Shown here piece after piece: positions 14,707-22,277 of a DNA stretch of 24,000 nt. Each line of letters opens with the position of its first letter. The first letter of the stretch is position 1. Made by a program: the position numbers and the translations under genes. The notes under the pieces were generated by a model. The model searched no databases and had not been told where the DNA came from. It saw only the letters and a list, made by a program, of their open reading frames with translations. The DNA comes from Spirochaetia bacterium (GTDB taxonomy: Bacteria > Spirochaetota > Spirochaetia > CADAEX01): NCBI GenBank assembly GCA_017649605.1, contig JAGCGL010000062.1, positions 1-24,000 on the forward strand, given 5' to 3'.

Positions 14707-17700
14707 CCTCGTAATCGATCAGCTCTGCCACACCTGGATTCTCTTTGTACCGTATGACATTGAGCATGAAGATGTTCAGCTTGTTGATGATGTTCGGCGG
14801 CAGCTGGTTGCCGTCAATCTCAATGGAGATAGCCGGATACTTGTTCTGCCGTGCATAAGGCATGTACAAGCCCTCGATGACACGTCCGATAAGGCATGCG
14901 AACGGCGAGATGTTGACAACACCAGAGTAGCCTTCTTCCATAGCTGTAGCTGCCGCACCGCTTGAGATAGAGATCTCGGAGTTAAGCTCGTAGCTTACAA
15001 ACTTGAGTGTGTTGGCCATAATCTTCTTCATGTCGTGCGGCGACTTAGGAATAAGACCGCATGGCTCCAGGGCCTCCCTTATCTTGGACTCGGTGCTCTC
15101 TTTCCATGCCTCTGCAAGCTTGAGGATCAGGAGCTTCTTGGTGTTCTCGCTGAATATCTTCTTATACCACGGGAATACGGTCCGCTCCCTCTTGAGGAAG
15201 TACTCCTGCACAAAGTCGGTGTAGTGGATCCATTCGCCAATGCCTGAGACCTTGGCTATGATACCCTTGTCAGCACAGGATCTGATAATCTCGTCCACTG
15301 CATAGTCGTCACGGCGGACATAGATCTCGCCCACAACCAGCACCTTCGGACACTTCTCTGGGTCTTTCTTCAGAGGAATTTTCTTTACACGTTCAGCAAA
15401 CACCTTGAGGGCAGGAACAATGTTCTTCCACCCTTTCTTGGCCTCTTCTAGCACATACTTCACACCATCGTTGACCTCGCTCATGGCATAGGCTCTGTCA
15501 ACAGCGCAGGTGCGCAGTGTTGTCTGGATATCCTTCAGGTAGTCGGCGGCGCAGAGTGCCCACCACATAATCTTGGAGAACCCTGCCCCGAGCTCTGAAT
15601 AGGAGTGGTCTGCGCTCAGCGTGAAGACAACCACATTCTCAAGCCGCAGGTCGCGGAACAGGTTCTGGTAGAAGACAAAGTACTGTCCTGTACGGCATGG
15701 TCCTGTTGTGATCGGGACAAAGATCATGTATGTTGTGCTCTTGTCGTACTTGTCAGATGCAAAGTACTCAAGCATCGAGCCTAAAAGCAGCAGTGATGGA
15801 ACACACTCCTTTCCTGATGCATGGTTCCGGGCAAAGCGCAGTGTGCGCGGTGTCGGAATAGGGACAGCCTCGGCATTGAAGCCCAGGGACTGCGCTGTGG
15901 CAGCCATGGATCTTGCAGAGATATCGCCCATGTTGGAGAGGAGAATCTTAACCTTCTTGTTGCCGCGGATCGCAATATCCTCCCCTGTGTGCTCGTTATG
16001 GAGATGTGGCTCGCTCTTTCCGTCGTTCACGAACCGGAGGCCGTTGTCATAGCGCTCCTCGTCCTTTCCACTGTACTTAAGCCGGTAGCCTTCGATAATA
16101 TCCAGGAATGCCTCCACACGGGTATCCACACCTGCGTCTGCAGAGTGGGAATCGAGCTCCAGCACCAGGAATGGCTTGGTCCCCATTATCCACTTAAGGT
16201 AGTGAAGCATGAATGAGTCCGGTGCGCAGGAGAAGTTGCTGACCCATGTGACAAAGATATTCGGGTTATCCTTCATATTGAAGGCTGTGTGCATATCCTT
16301 CTGGCCATAGTACCAGTACATGTTAGGGAATATCTTCTTGTCGCCTATCGGCAGGATATCGAACGGAATAACTGTGTTGCCACGGGATGTGAACTTCCGT
16401 GGAATACCGATGTTGGCCTCTTTCGCAAATGCGTTGTATGGCCGTCCAAGAAGCGCGATCACTGGCTGTGCCTGAGTCTTTGCATATTCAAGGGCTTCCT
16501 CGCCCAGCTTGAAGGCAGCCTCTTGGTATTCGTTCTGCTTCTTAAGAGCCACATTGAAGGCCTCTTTAGCCTCGGCCTCGGTGAATCCCAGCTTCTCGCC
16601 CAGCTGGATAAAGAACTCTACAGCCTTGTCCAGACCGGTTCTGAAGCTCACTACTGGAGAGAGAATCTTCTCCTCCGGAATCTCAGGGAAAGCCTTCTTG
16701 ATGTAATATGGCAGGCTCTGTGTTATAGGACAGAAGTTTGCGTGAATATCGCTCTCATGGCTCGGCATGTCGCGGTAATGAGGCAGCAGGATGTAATCTG
16801 TCTTTTTGTCCAGGATATCCTGCACTGCTCCGTGGGCAATCTCTGCAGGGAAGCAGTAGGTGGACTCAACCCTTGCGACGCCGGAGTGCGGCACATTTTC
16901 GGAAAGGACTGTCTTAATACCCAGCTGGTGGAAGTACCAAGCGTAGAAGGGGTAGAGCGTATAAACAGAGAAGGCCTTCGGAATGCCCACAGTGTAATCC
17001 CGCTTCTTAACAAAGCTGGCCTCGTCCGGAGCAAATGTCTTGAACATAAGGTCGTTACGCTCATCCACAAAGTTGCGGATCTTGGACTCGTCGAACAGCT
17101 TCTTCTTGCGTGAGTTGGTGTACTTTGAGCACCGACCGCCGAACATATACTTGTTGCCGTTCACCTTGAGGATGCGGATAGGACACTGGTTCTCGCAGGA
17201 TTTGCACTTGAACTCGCTCTCGTAGATGATCTCTGTCTCGAGAATCTTGTCGATGTCGAAGGTGGCCTTGGAGATGAGCCCCTCCTTGAACTTCTGCTTT
17301 GCCAAAAGACCTACGCCGAAGCATCCCATGAGCTCAGGATCTGGCGGAACCAGAATCTCCTTGCCCAGAAGGAGTGCGAATGCCAGAGGGATAGCCTTGT
17401 TCTTGGCCACGCCGCCCTGGAGGAATATCTTGTTGCCCACAGTCCTGTTTCCGACAACTCTGTTCAGGTAGTTGGAGACAATGGATGTGACAATTCCTGT
17501 AGTTATATCAGCCCGGGTCGCACCCTGCTGGATAGCTTTTCTGATATCTGAGTTGATGAATGCAGAGCAGTGCTCGCCGAACTTGAGAGGGTTCTCTGCC
17601 TCAAGGGCAATGTCACCGATCTCCCAGGCGTGTGCAATGTTCAGGTCGCCGGATGCCGATTCCTCGAGGAAGGAGCCTGTACCTGCAGAGCAGGCCTCAT

Positions 17701-18973
17701 TCATGGCATAGTCGATAGGCACCTTGTTCTTAAGGAGCACATACTTCGCATCCTGACCGCCTATCTCGAATATGGTGTCCACATCGTTGGAGAAATAGGT
17801 GGTTCCCTCAGTGTGAGCGATAATCTCGTTGTAGACAGCAGGTGTCTCCAGGAACACTCCCAGAATCTCGCGGGAAGAGCCTGTGGTGGAAGCCAATGTT
17901 ATGCTGATCTTGCCGTCGCCGATATCGGCCTGCACCTGCTTCTTGATCTCCTGGAGGCACAGCTTGAGAGCCTTCACAGGGTCGCCATGGGTACGGCCGT
18001 AGTAGGATGCTGTGATCTCGTCTGTCTCTATGTCGATAAGGCATGCTTTAGTTGTTGTGGAACCGCCGTCCACGCCCAAGATGTACTCTCTGCCGGCAAC
18101 TGTCTTACCATGCTTTGCAGGGAAGTATGTCACCTTTGAAAGCTGAGTCTTAAGGCTCTCAAGGTGGGTGAAGCTTACCTTGTTCTTGGTTATAAGCTTG
18201 TCCGGCTCAGGCATTGTGCTGCCGTCTTTCTCTGCCAGATATGCGGCACCCAGGGCCTCAAAATAGGAAGCTTCCTCCGGGATGATGAACTCGATATCAG
18301 GAGCCTTCTCCTTGATGAAGCGGATGATATGGCGATTTCTGGTGATTCCTCCCACCAAGATGACCTTGCCCTTGCTGATTCTCGCCTTCTTCAGGAAGTC
18401 GATGACCTTCACAGCCATCACGTTGCTTAGGGAGAGGACGATATCTTCTTTTGTGGCCTCGCCTTTGTTGAGCCGGTGGGTGCAGTCGCTCTTCATGAAT
18501 ACAGAACAGCGGGTCGAAAGCTCAAGAATCTTTGCAGTGTCTGGAACGCTGTTCACATCCTCGAGCTTCATGTCCATACGGGCCAGCTGCTGCTTGAAGA
18601 ACTCTCCAGTTCCTGAGGCACACTTACTTCCCGAGAAGTTGTTTATGATTCTTCCCTCATCATTGAGGGTATAGACTACAAGATCCTCGCCGCCCAGGGA
18701 GACAATAGCATCTGCCTTAAGCTTAAGCTCCTTCAGGGCCTCCTCGATACACAGAGGCTCCACAGTCTTGTTCACAGAGAAGAGAAAACGTCCTTCTGTT
18801 CCAGTTGCCAGTGCTCTTGCCCCTTTTTCAATGGGGTGAGCTGATAATATTTTTTCTGCCGCATCGTGGAAATTGCCTTCGTGGGGAATGCTTTCAGCCC
18901 ACAAAAGCTTACCGTCTGCAACGCAAGCTATCTTCAAGCTGGAAGAACCGATGTTGATTCCAACGCTTTGCAT
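14696..18973 (-). CDS. fused 2x BcrAD/BadFG-type ATPase 'activase' + Cys4 linker + DUF2229/2-hydroxyacyl-CoA-dehydratase-like domains (1425 aa)
   Basis: Activase 1 (aa 1-255): 'GINIGSSSLK', 'LGGEDLV', 'GSKCASGTGEFF', 'RCSVFMKSD', 'VGGITRN'. Activase 2 (aa ~297-560): 'GVDGGSTTTKA', 'EIGGQDAKY', 'NEACSAGTGSFLEE', 'HCSAFINSD', 'QGGVAKN'. Cys motif 'CKSCENQCP...GGRCSKY' (~nt 17130-17212). The DUF2229/HgdB-like half has 'VGIPKAFSVYTLYPFYAWYFHQLGIKTVLS', 'YCFPAEIAHG' and 'ALLGRPYNAF'. SD AAGGAG precedes the ATG at 18973. Confidence 0.85.
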   Translation of the reverse strand: MQSVGINIGSSSLKIACVADGKLLWAESIPHEGNFHDAAEKILSAHPIEKGARALATGTEGRFLFSVNKTVEPLCIEEALKELKLKADAIVSLGGEDLVVYTLNDEGRIINNFSGSKCASGTGEFFKQQLARMDMKLEDVNSVPDTAKILELSTRCSVFMKSDCTHRLNKGEATKEDIVLSLSNVMAVKVIDFLKKARISKGKVILVGGITRNRHIIRFIKEKAPDIEFIIPEEASYFEALGAAYLAEKDGSTMPEPDKLITKNKVSFTHLESLKTQLSKVTYFPAKHGKTVAGREYILGVDGGSTTTKACLIDIETDEITASYYGRTHGDPVKALKLCLQEIKKQVQADIGDGKISITLASTTGSSREILGVFLETPAVYNEIIAHTEGTTYFSNDVDTIFEIGGQDAKYVLLKNKVPIDYAMNEACSAGTGSFLEESASGDLNIAHAWEIGDIALEAENPLKFGEHCSAFINSDIRKAIQQGATRADITTGIVTSIVSNYLNRVVGNRTVGNKIFLQGGVAKNKAIPLAFALLLGKEILVPPDPELMGCFGVGLLAKQKFKEGLISKATFDIDKILETEIIYESEFKCKSCENQCPIRILKVNGNKYMFGGRCSKYTNSRKKKLFDESKIRNFVDERNDLMFKTFAPDEASFVKKRDYTVGIPKAFSVYTLYPFYAWYFHQLGIKTVLSENVPHSGVARVESTYCFPAEIAHGAVQDILDKKTDYILLPHYRDMPSHESDIHANFCPITQSLPYYIKKAFPEIPEEKILSPVVSFRTGLDKAVEFFIQLGEKLGFTEAEAKEAFNVALKKQNEYQEAAFKLGEEALEYAKTQAQPVIALLGRPYNAFAKEANIGIPRKFTSRGNTVIPFDILPIGDKKIFPNMYWYYGQKDMHTAFNMKDNPNIFVTWVSNFSCAPDSFMLHYLKWIMGTKPFLVLELDSHSADAGVDTRVEAFLDIIEGYRLKYSGKDEERYDNGLRFVNDGKSEPHLHNEHTGEDIAIRGNKKVKILLSNMGDISARSMAATAQSLGFNAEAVPIPTPRTLRFARNHASGKECVPSLLLLGSMLEYFASDKYDKSTTYMIFVPITTGPCRTGQYFVFYQNLFRDLRLENVVVFTLSADHSYSELGAGFSKIMWWALCAADYLKDIQTTLRTCAVDRAYAMSEVNDGVKYVLEEAKKGWKNIVPALKVFAERVKKIPLKKDPEKCPKVLVVGEIYVRRDDYAVDEIIRSCADKGIIAKVSGIGEWIHYTDFVQEYFLKRERTVFPWYKKIFSENTKKLLILKLAEAWKESTESKIREALEPCGLIPKSPHDMKKIMANTLKFVSYELNSEISISSGAAATAMEEGYSGVVNISPFACLIGRVIEGLYMPYARQNKYPAISIEIDGNQLPPNIINKLNIFMLNVIRYKENPGVAELIDYEDEK

Positions 18974-19046
18974 TGAGAACTCCTTATATAGGTATTAGCC
19001 TATCTATAATAGTGTACTCTTATTATTATTTTTAAACAAGATATAT

Positions 19047-20564
19047 TTATCTGCGGTAGAGAGCCTTGGTTGCAAACTCGGCATCGCTTGTGGAGTGGAA
19101 ACCGAGCTTCCTCAGGCCGTCTGCATCGCCCGGAGATGGCACATGGGTCATGTGGATCTCGCACCCTTCCAGATCCTTAAGCTTCTTAAGGGCAGTTGCA
19201 GCAGTCGGATTTATGGCGGCAGCCAGAGCGAATGCTATAAGAGTCTCCTCAAGGTTCAGGCTGACAGAGGCGCTTTTAAGGACATCCTCCTTGAAGTCTG
19301 CCAAGGACTTGAGGATAGTGCTTGGAAGAAGCTCAACCTCGTCAGATATTCCTGCCAGCCTCTTGGCAGCCGAGAGGACAACGCTGGATGCGGCGTGGAG
19401 AAGCGGAGAGTTGTGGCCTGTCACAATAGTACCGTCCGGCAGCTCGATTGCGGCGCCGCTGTAGATACCCCGGTTTCCCTTGTTTTTCTCCTTGGCAATC
19501 TGGGCAGCCTCCCGGGCCGGAACTACGGTGCTCCTGTCCTCCTGCTTAAGCCCCATATCCTTCATGATAAGCTCTACCCGCTGCAGAGTTTCGGTGCTGC
19601 AGAGGCCAAGGGCCTGCTCACATGCATAGCGGAAATACCGGCGTATCACCTCCTGCTCGCCAGCCTTGCGCACCACCTGGTCATCTATGATGGCGTTTCC
19701 GGCCTGGTTTACACCCATATCGGTCGGAGATTTGTAGATAGAGGGAGCATTGGTGATCTTCTCGATAATCCGCTGGACAATCGGGAATGCCTCGATATCG
19801 CGGTTGTAGTTGACAGTCTTAACATCATAGGCCTCAAGATGGAAGTGGTCTATCATGTTCACATCCTTGAGCTCTGCGGTGGCAGCCTCGTATGCTCTGT
19901 TCACTGGGTGATTCAGCGGGAGGTTCCAGATAGGGAAGGTCTCGAACTTAGCATAGGCTGCTTTTACTCCCCTCTTATGCTCGTGATACATCTGCGAAAG
20001 GCAGGTTGCCAGCTTTCCGCTTCCCGGGCCGGGGCCTGTCACTACAACGACAGGTTTTTCAGTCTCAATATATGGATTTGCTCCGTAGCCCTGCTCGCTT
20101 ACAATCAGATCCACATCGGTGGGGTACCCTTTGGTGAACTTGTGGGTATAGACCTTCATTCCGCGGTTCTCCATGGTGGTCCGGAATGCATCGGCAGAAG
20201 GCTGTCCGTCGTATCTTGTAATTACAATTGCTTTTACGGAAATGCCCCATGCCCTGAAGTCGTCGATAGTCTTCATCACATCGGAGTCGTAGGTTATGCC
20301 GAAGTCGGCCCGCACCTTCTTCTTCTCGATGTCGGGAGCAGAGATGCACATGATCACATCCACGGAGTCCTTCATCTTTGCAAGGAGGTGCATCTTCACA
20401 TTGGGGTCAAAACCAGGCAGAACCCGGGCGGCATGGAGGTCGAAAAGAATTTTGCCGCCGAATTCCAAATAGAGCTTGTCGCTGTTGCAATCCTTTATCC
20501 TGTCAAGAATTGTCTCGCTCTGAAGCTTAAGATATAGGTCGTTGTCAAAGCCTTTTTTGAACAT
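19047..20564 (-). CDS. UPF0371 / DUF1846 family protein
   Basis: The 505-aa product is collinear with UPF0371 proteins: 'GFDNDLYLKLQSETILDRI', 'KLYLEFGGKILFDLHAARVLPGFDPNVK', and a P-loop-like 'VVTGPGPGSGKLATCLSQMYHE'. SD GGGAGGG precedes the ATG. Confidence 0.8.
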   Translation of the reverse strand: MFKKGFDNDLYLKLQSETILDRIKDCNSDKLYLEFGGKILFDLHAARVLPGFDPNVKMHLLAKMKDSVDVIMCISAPDIEKKKVRADFGITYDSDVMKTIDDFRAWGISVKAIVITRYDGQPSADAFRTTMENRGMKVYTHKFTKGYPTDVDLIVSEQGYGANPYIETEKPVVVVTGPGPGSGKLATCLSQMYHEHKRGVKAAYAKFETFPIWNLPLNHPVNRAYEAATAELKDVNMIDHFHLEAYDVKTVNYNRDIEAFPIVQRIIEKITNAPSIYKSPTDMGVNQAGNAIIDDQVVRKAGEQEVIRRYFRYACEQALGLCSTETLQRVELIMKDMGLKQEDRSTVVPAREAAQIAKEKNKGNRGIYSGAAIELPDGTIVTGHNSPLLHAASSVVLSAAKRLAGISDEVELLPSTILKSLADFKEDVLKSASVSLNLEETLIAFALAAAINPTAATALKKLKDLEGCEIHMTHVPSPGDADGLRKLGFHSTSDAEFATKALYRR

Positions 20565-20589
20565 AGTTCCCCCGTCCCTCCCAAAGATA

Positions 20590-20619
20590 ATTATAGAAAC
20601 AAGGAGGCTTTTTTTTCAA
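20590..20619 (-). promoter_or_regulatory. candidate sigma70-type promoter for the DUF1846 / activase-fusion / PDT operon
   Basis: On the minus strand, TTGAAA (complement of 20614-19) is followed by an 18-nt spacer and then TATAAT (complement of 20590-95), about 25 nt upstream of the DUF1846 ATG. It overlaps the tatD stop codon. Pattern match only. Confidence 0.35.
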
Positions 20620-21305
20620 GGGGAAAATAGTGTTTTAAGATTATTTTCAAGATAACTTTTTACTGTTTCGGGAGTTATATTTTTTATCCCTGCGGCAAAG
20701 TTATACAGTTCCTCCAAAGTCTCCACATAACCGGCCGACGGAACCTCTGTAAAATCGGTCTCAAGGAATATGCGTTCCAGAGGGAGCTGACGGAGTACCT
20801 CGGCCTGTTTTTCTATCCGCTGGACCGATGGTGAGAAGGAGAACCATGTGTTGCGCTTTAATAGCGTTTTTGCGGTTTCCATGGAACCGGAGTAGGAGTG
20901 CATTAAAAGGGGCAGGTCGTCCGGAACTTCTGAGAGGATTTCCATGAAAGGGCCCCATGCGTGGAGACAGTGGACAGCAACCGGCACCTTATACTGCTGG
21001 GCCAACCAGAGATGGAAAGCGAAAAAGCCCTTCTGATCCTCAAAATCGGGGTTTTTGTCTGTCTTGTCCAGTCCTGTCTCCCCTATGCCGAACTTAAGGC
21101 CGGCACCCTTCTTCTGTTTGATAAACTGTCCCAAAGCCATAAGTTCAATTTTTGAACAACTTTTTGCATGCCATGGGTGGATGCCGTAGAAAGGGAAGAT
21201 ATCAGGGCTGTCCGGAATGTGATCCCAGTCGTCGGCTGTCACAGAATTCCACAGGGCAGTAACCCCGGGGGCAGGCTGACAGTGGCAGTGGGCATCAATC
21301 AGCAT
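20616..21305 (-). CDS. TatD-family metal-dependent hydrolase/DNase
   Basis: 'MLIDAHCHC' (HxH), 'FYGIHPW', 'GIGETGLD', 'QKGFFAFHLWLAQQYKVPVAVHC', 'LMHSYSGS', 'IFLETDF'. At 229 aa it is slightly short for the family. Confidence 0.85.
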   Translation of the reverse strand: MLIDAHCHCQPAPGVTALWNSVTADDWDHIPDSPDIFPFYGIHPWHAKSCSKIELMALGQFIKQKKGAGLKFGIGETGLDKTDKNPDFEDQKGFFAFHLWLAQQYKVPVAVHCLHAWGPFMEILSEVPDDLPLLMHSYSGSMETAKTLLKRNTWFSFSPSVQRIEKQAEVLRQLPLERIFLETDFTEVPSAGYVETLEELYNFAAGIKNITPETVKSYLENNLKTLFSP

Positions 21306-21307
21306 AT

Positions 21308-21317
21308 ATTATTTCTT
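21308..21317. repeat. left copy of the 10-nt direct repeat ATTATTTCTT flanking the AT-rich island
   Basis: It matches 22638-22647 exactly, read directly from the sequence. In AT-rich DNA a 10-mer match can occur by chance. Confidence 0.3.
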
Positions 21318-21322
21318 TATTT

Positions 21323-22195
21323 CTAATTTTTATTATATCCCAAAGACAAAGAACATAGTTTTCTTTTCCATAATTTTTCTCTATCTATTGCTTCATTTTC
21401 TGATATTTTCAAAGGCAATAATTCGAGAATTATCCAATGAAAATATTTCATGGCATATAATGGATCTTTATCAATTTCTTTTTTTAGAAGCACATCATCC
21501 CCGTGTCCTGATTCTGCATAATCTTTCCAGCGTCCCCAAATACCTTCTTTATTGTAGGTGGATCCGATATATTGCTTCCCATTATTTGTATCCTGAATCA
21601 AATAAATGCAATTACAACAATCAAGACGTCTTTTCCAATCCGCTATTTCTTTATCAAAAATTGTTTTTAATTGTCGATATGTAAGCAAAACATCATTATA
21701 GCTTATAAAAAGAGGAATATCGTTTTCTATTAGACCTCTGTCAATTCTTATCACGGCCTTTTCATTTTCATACCACTGATGCCACGAAATAGCATTTTTA
21801 CCCCAATCGACAACAACTCGCTCTTTTAATATTTCAAAACCAGGTACTTCTTCAAAATCAAATATATGATGATCTTCAAATTTACCAACTACACCATTAT
21901 TTTTATAAACTCCAATAAACCTTGAATCTGTACCATCTTCTCCAATAAATGCAACAATATATTCAACATTTATAAAATTAGCTGATCGTTGTTCATTCTG
22001 ATATTTCAAAAATCTTTCATATTCATTTCGATATAAATTATATAGTGAACCTGTATATGGTTCACCCTGTATCTTCCGCTCATCCATGGGTCTTGAATCT
22101 TTATGACGGACTAGTTTTATCTTCTTAGCATTATCAAATTCTAAGTTTCGTCCTTTAAGAAGCTGCTGAATTGTTGCAATTATTTCAGTATTCAT
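21323..22195 (-). CDS. GIY-YIG nuclease-domain protein with uncharacterised ~195-aa N-terminal domain
   Basis: C-terminal residues 196-290 (nt 21326-21610) carry 'CIY'(196-198)-x10-'YIG'(209-211), Arg222 ('GRW'), His231 ('SGHG'), Glu in 'AIDREKLWKRKL', and a terminal 'GYNKN'. The N-terminal domain ('KLVRHKD', 'EYIVAFIGEDGTDSRFIGVYK', 'VVDWGKNAISWHQW') has no family I can name. SD GGAGG precedes the ATG at 22195. Confidence 0.75.
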   Translation of the reverse strand: MNTEIIATIQQLLKGRNLEFDNAKKIKLVRHKDSRPMDERKIQGEPYTGSLYNLYRNEYERFLKYQNEQRSANFINVEYIVAFIGEDGTDSRFIGVYKNNGVVGKFEDHHIFDFEEVPGFEILKERVVVDWGKNAISWHQWYENEKAVIRIDRGLIENDIPLFISYNDVLLTYRQLKTIFDKEIADWKRRLDCCNCIYLIQDTNNGKQYIGSTYNKEGIWGRWKDYAESGHGDDVLLKKEIDKDPLYAMKYFHWIILELLPLKISENEAIDREKLWKRKLCSLSLGYNKN

Positions 22196-22259
22196 TTATT
22201 TCCTCCAAGGTTTATAATTCCGCCGCTTGTTTTAATGACATGGTAGCATATTTTTATTC

Positions 22260-22277
22260 ATAATGTGTCCACATTAT
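22260..22277. repeat. perfect 8-2-8 palindrome ATAATGTG-tc-CACATTAT
   Basis: Read directly. It abuts the stop codon of the small ORF and lies 65-82 nt upstream of the GIY-YIG start. The 2-nt spacer argues against a full hairpin and for a dimeric protein-binding site. Its function is unproven. Confidence 0.5.

Noticed and set aside
16289-18139. + strand ORFs of 274 aa (16289-17113) and 189 aa (17570-18139) inside the 1425-aa gene.
   Set aside because: They are antisense shadows of a strongly supported CDS. They have no motifs and no plausible start context.
18988-19010. A small inverted repeat, ATAGG-tattag-CCTAT, and a + strand TATAAT (19005-19010) in the DUF1846/activase spacer.
   Set aside because: The 5-bp stem is weak, and the TATAAT faces no + strand gene. 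The spacer is better explained as AT-rich leader plus the AAGGAG SD for the 1425-aa gene.
19095-20537. A 480-aa + strand ORF almost fully antisense to the DUF1846 gene.
   Set aside because: It is nested opposite a gene with clear family-level conservation. Its translation is low-complexity (rich in L, R, G, S, C and H) with no recognisable motif or SD. Long antisense ORFs are an expected by-product of the sense-strand codon pattern in approximately 55% GC genes.
20577-20616. CCTCC ... GGAGG followed by C and T8 on the + strand, resembling an intrinsic terminator.
   Set aside because: The stem is only 5 bp with a ~21-nt loop, and no + strand gene ends here. The CCCTCC is simply the complement of the DUF1846 SD, and the T8 run lies within/adjacent to the minus-strand -35 region (the A-run just downstream of the tatD stop).
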